Translations under genes and position numbers: made by a program
In this document: positions 62,146 to 64,000 of the stretch, in pieces
Numbering within the stretch: position 1 is the first letter of the stretch
How the letters are laid out: each line of letters opens with the position of its first letter
The notes under the pieces: model-generated
Seen by the model: the letters and a program-made list of their open reading frames with translations, nothing else
Told to the model about the DNA's origin: nothing
The model's database searches: none
Assembly: GCA_051530055.1 (NCBI GenBank)
Contig: CM121341.1
Coordinates: 6,612,784 to 6,676,783, forward strand
DNA length: 64,000 nt
Origin: Neoechinorhynchus agilis
Lineage: Eukaryota; Animalia; Acanthocephala
Direction: 5' to 3'

Positions 62146-63712
62146 ATGGATTACATTAGACAAACAGTCTTCATGGCAAAAGGGTTTTCTGAGTTCACAA
62201 AGTAAGTGGTCCTTAATTTGGATTTATGTTAAATTCGCCTCTAGAGGTGGATTTCAACGGTCATCAAAGAAATTTAAGACGAATGAAGTAGTGGTTTATA
62301 TGGCGGGTAAAAATGTTCTCATCACAGGAGCGAACTCGGGCATTGGATTTGAGACAGCCAAGGCTTTGGCGGCTGAAGGGGCTCGAATTCATCTCGTCTG
62401 CCGAGATGCAGAAAGAGGGCGCACGGCTTTACTGGAAATTATGGCAAATTCTCATTCCGGAGTATCGCCTACGCTATCTCTCGCAGATCTATCCAAACCT
62501 GAACAAATCATCGAGTTCTGTAAGAAGTTCGCGGGTGAAAATAAAGCATTAGATGTTCTCGTAAGTATTAAAAAATTTAAATGTCTTTTAAAAGAATCTA
62601 TAAATTCATATATATTGGCGTTTCCGTTTCAGGATTCGCTAAATAATACGAAAAATTTAATGATCTTCATTAAAAGTTCGATAATTACACATTTAATCTT
62701 CATAGATAAATAATGCCGGTTGTATGGTGGATAAATGGAGTTTAAGTGAGATTGGGAAGTTGGAAACAAATTTTTGTACAAACACGTTCGGTTCGTATAC
62801 ATAATTTTTCTTCTAATATATTCGAACTCTCTTTAAGCACCATACGCCATAACGACGAAGCTTTTGCCACTTTTGAAAAAGTCCAAGGATCCGAGAGTGG
62901 TAACCGCGATACGAGAATAATGATTTGATCTATCAAAGTACTTTAAGATTACCGTTTCATCTGGAGGGATGTATACGGAGAAACTGAATGTTGATGATTT
63001 CAATTCACATAATTCAACCTATAACTCGACAAAAGTTTACGCTCAAAACAAACGACAGCAGGTTGTTATGACCGAAAGGTTCGCTGGTCAACATCCGAGT
63101 GTTTTCTTCGCTACAATGCATCCCGGTTGGGCGGATACTCCAGGTATTAAATATATTCGATCTCCGCGCTTTCACAGTTAATTTTCTATGTTATTTTTGA
63201 TCGCCTTTAATGGTTTCTACACTTTTAGAAATCTGTTTCTTTGATATTTAAGCTTCCCAATTAAATCAATATTCTAAAGCACCTTTGAACTTAGCTTACA
63301 ATACATATTTTTAATTGCAGTTTTGAAATTCGGTGATTTTCGTCGTTGTTGTTTTTCGCTAAACAATATATCCTGATTTCACACTTAGCTGTCCGAACCA
63401 GCATGCCCAAATTTTACTCCAATCTAAAAAAATATTTACGATCACCAAGTGAAGGAGCGGATACCTTGGTTTGGTTAGTTAAACTCGACAATATAAAAAA
63501 GCAGTATCCGAATGGGATGTTTTTCTTCGGTGAGAATTAATGATTTACTATGGTGTATTATCTCGATTCTGTGTTTAGATAGAGAACCAGTAGCAAAGCA
63601 CTTGTGTTTTAGCAGAACTCAGTCCAATCCAGGAGACGAGGACAGGCTGATGCTTGAGCTGGAAACGATGCTTCGGAATATTGAATTTGAAATGAATAGC
63701 AATAACTCGTAG
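62146..63712 (+). CDS. DHRS12: Short-chain dehydrogenase/reductase 12-like, spliced, apparently intact
   Basis: VFMAKGFSEFTK|GGF, ITGANSGIG, INNAGCM, ITVSSGGMY, YAQNKRQQVVMTE, MHPGWADTP|AVRTSMPKFY, EGADTLVWL, DREPVAKHL. Confidence 0.92.
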
Positions 63713-64000
63713 TGAGTTTTCGAATAAAAGATGTTGTGATTAGTAAACCACTTTAATGTCAAAAATGCGAATTTATTGTTTCAAGAAACGATTGGCGTTT
63801 TATAGTCAATAAAAAAGGTCATTTTAAATATCGAAAAGATAGAAAACTTGTTTGGACAACGATAATTATACAGTTTCTCGCCTATGGAGTTTTTAGATCT
63901 ATATGACCATATTGATATTCTGTTTAAACAAGCAACTATTTATTTTCTTACTAGATCACCACAGAAATGATCATAAGATATTCAGGTCAATAGACAAGTT

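Overview
This is eukaryotic, almost certainly metazoan, nuclear DNA from a compact AT-rich genome with short (mostly ~40-60 nt) GT-AG introns, short intergenic spacers and no obvious CpG depletion; I cannot identify the organism. Recognisable genes are: a USP9X/USP24-type deubiquitinase, a very divergent TERT, V-ATPase subunit C, a two-domain thioredoxin, a WD40 protein, Peter Pan/Ssf1 (broken), a RanBP9/10-like CTLH protein (internal stop), DENND5, aspartyl aminopeptidase, a Shisa-like protein, a TKL-like pseudokinase, DNase II, a Tctex1 light chain with an RFX X-box, a tandem-SH2 PTP with a dead active site, a CRP-type LIM protein, a divergent homeobox and DHRS12. Repeats include L2/CR1-type LINE relics (one with a ~207-bp unit amplified about nine times inside ORF2), CRE-clade retroelement fragments, a foldback-like array of 132-bp hairpin units, and several ~125-132 nt isolated hairpins. 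The most notable signals are (1) a TERT with intact catalytic aspartates but altered motifs 1 and B' and an in-frame stop that no GT-AG intron removes, lying just downstream of a CRE-clade retroelement fragment; (2) single lesions in several conserved genes (USP, TERT, PPAN, CTLH, CRP) beside intact neighbours; and (3) a SHP2-like pseudophosphatase. All family calls come from motifs recognised by eye, not database searches. I found no rRNA, tRNA or CRISPR array.
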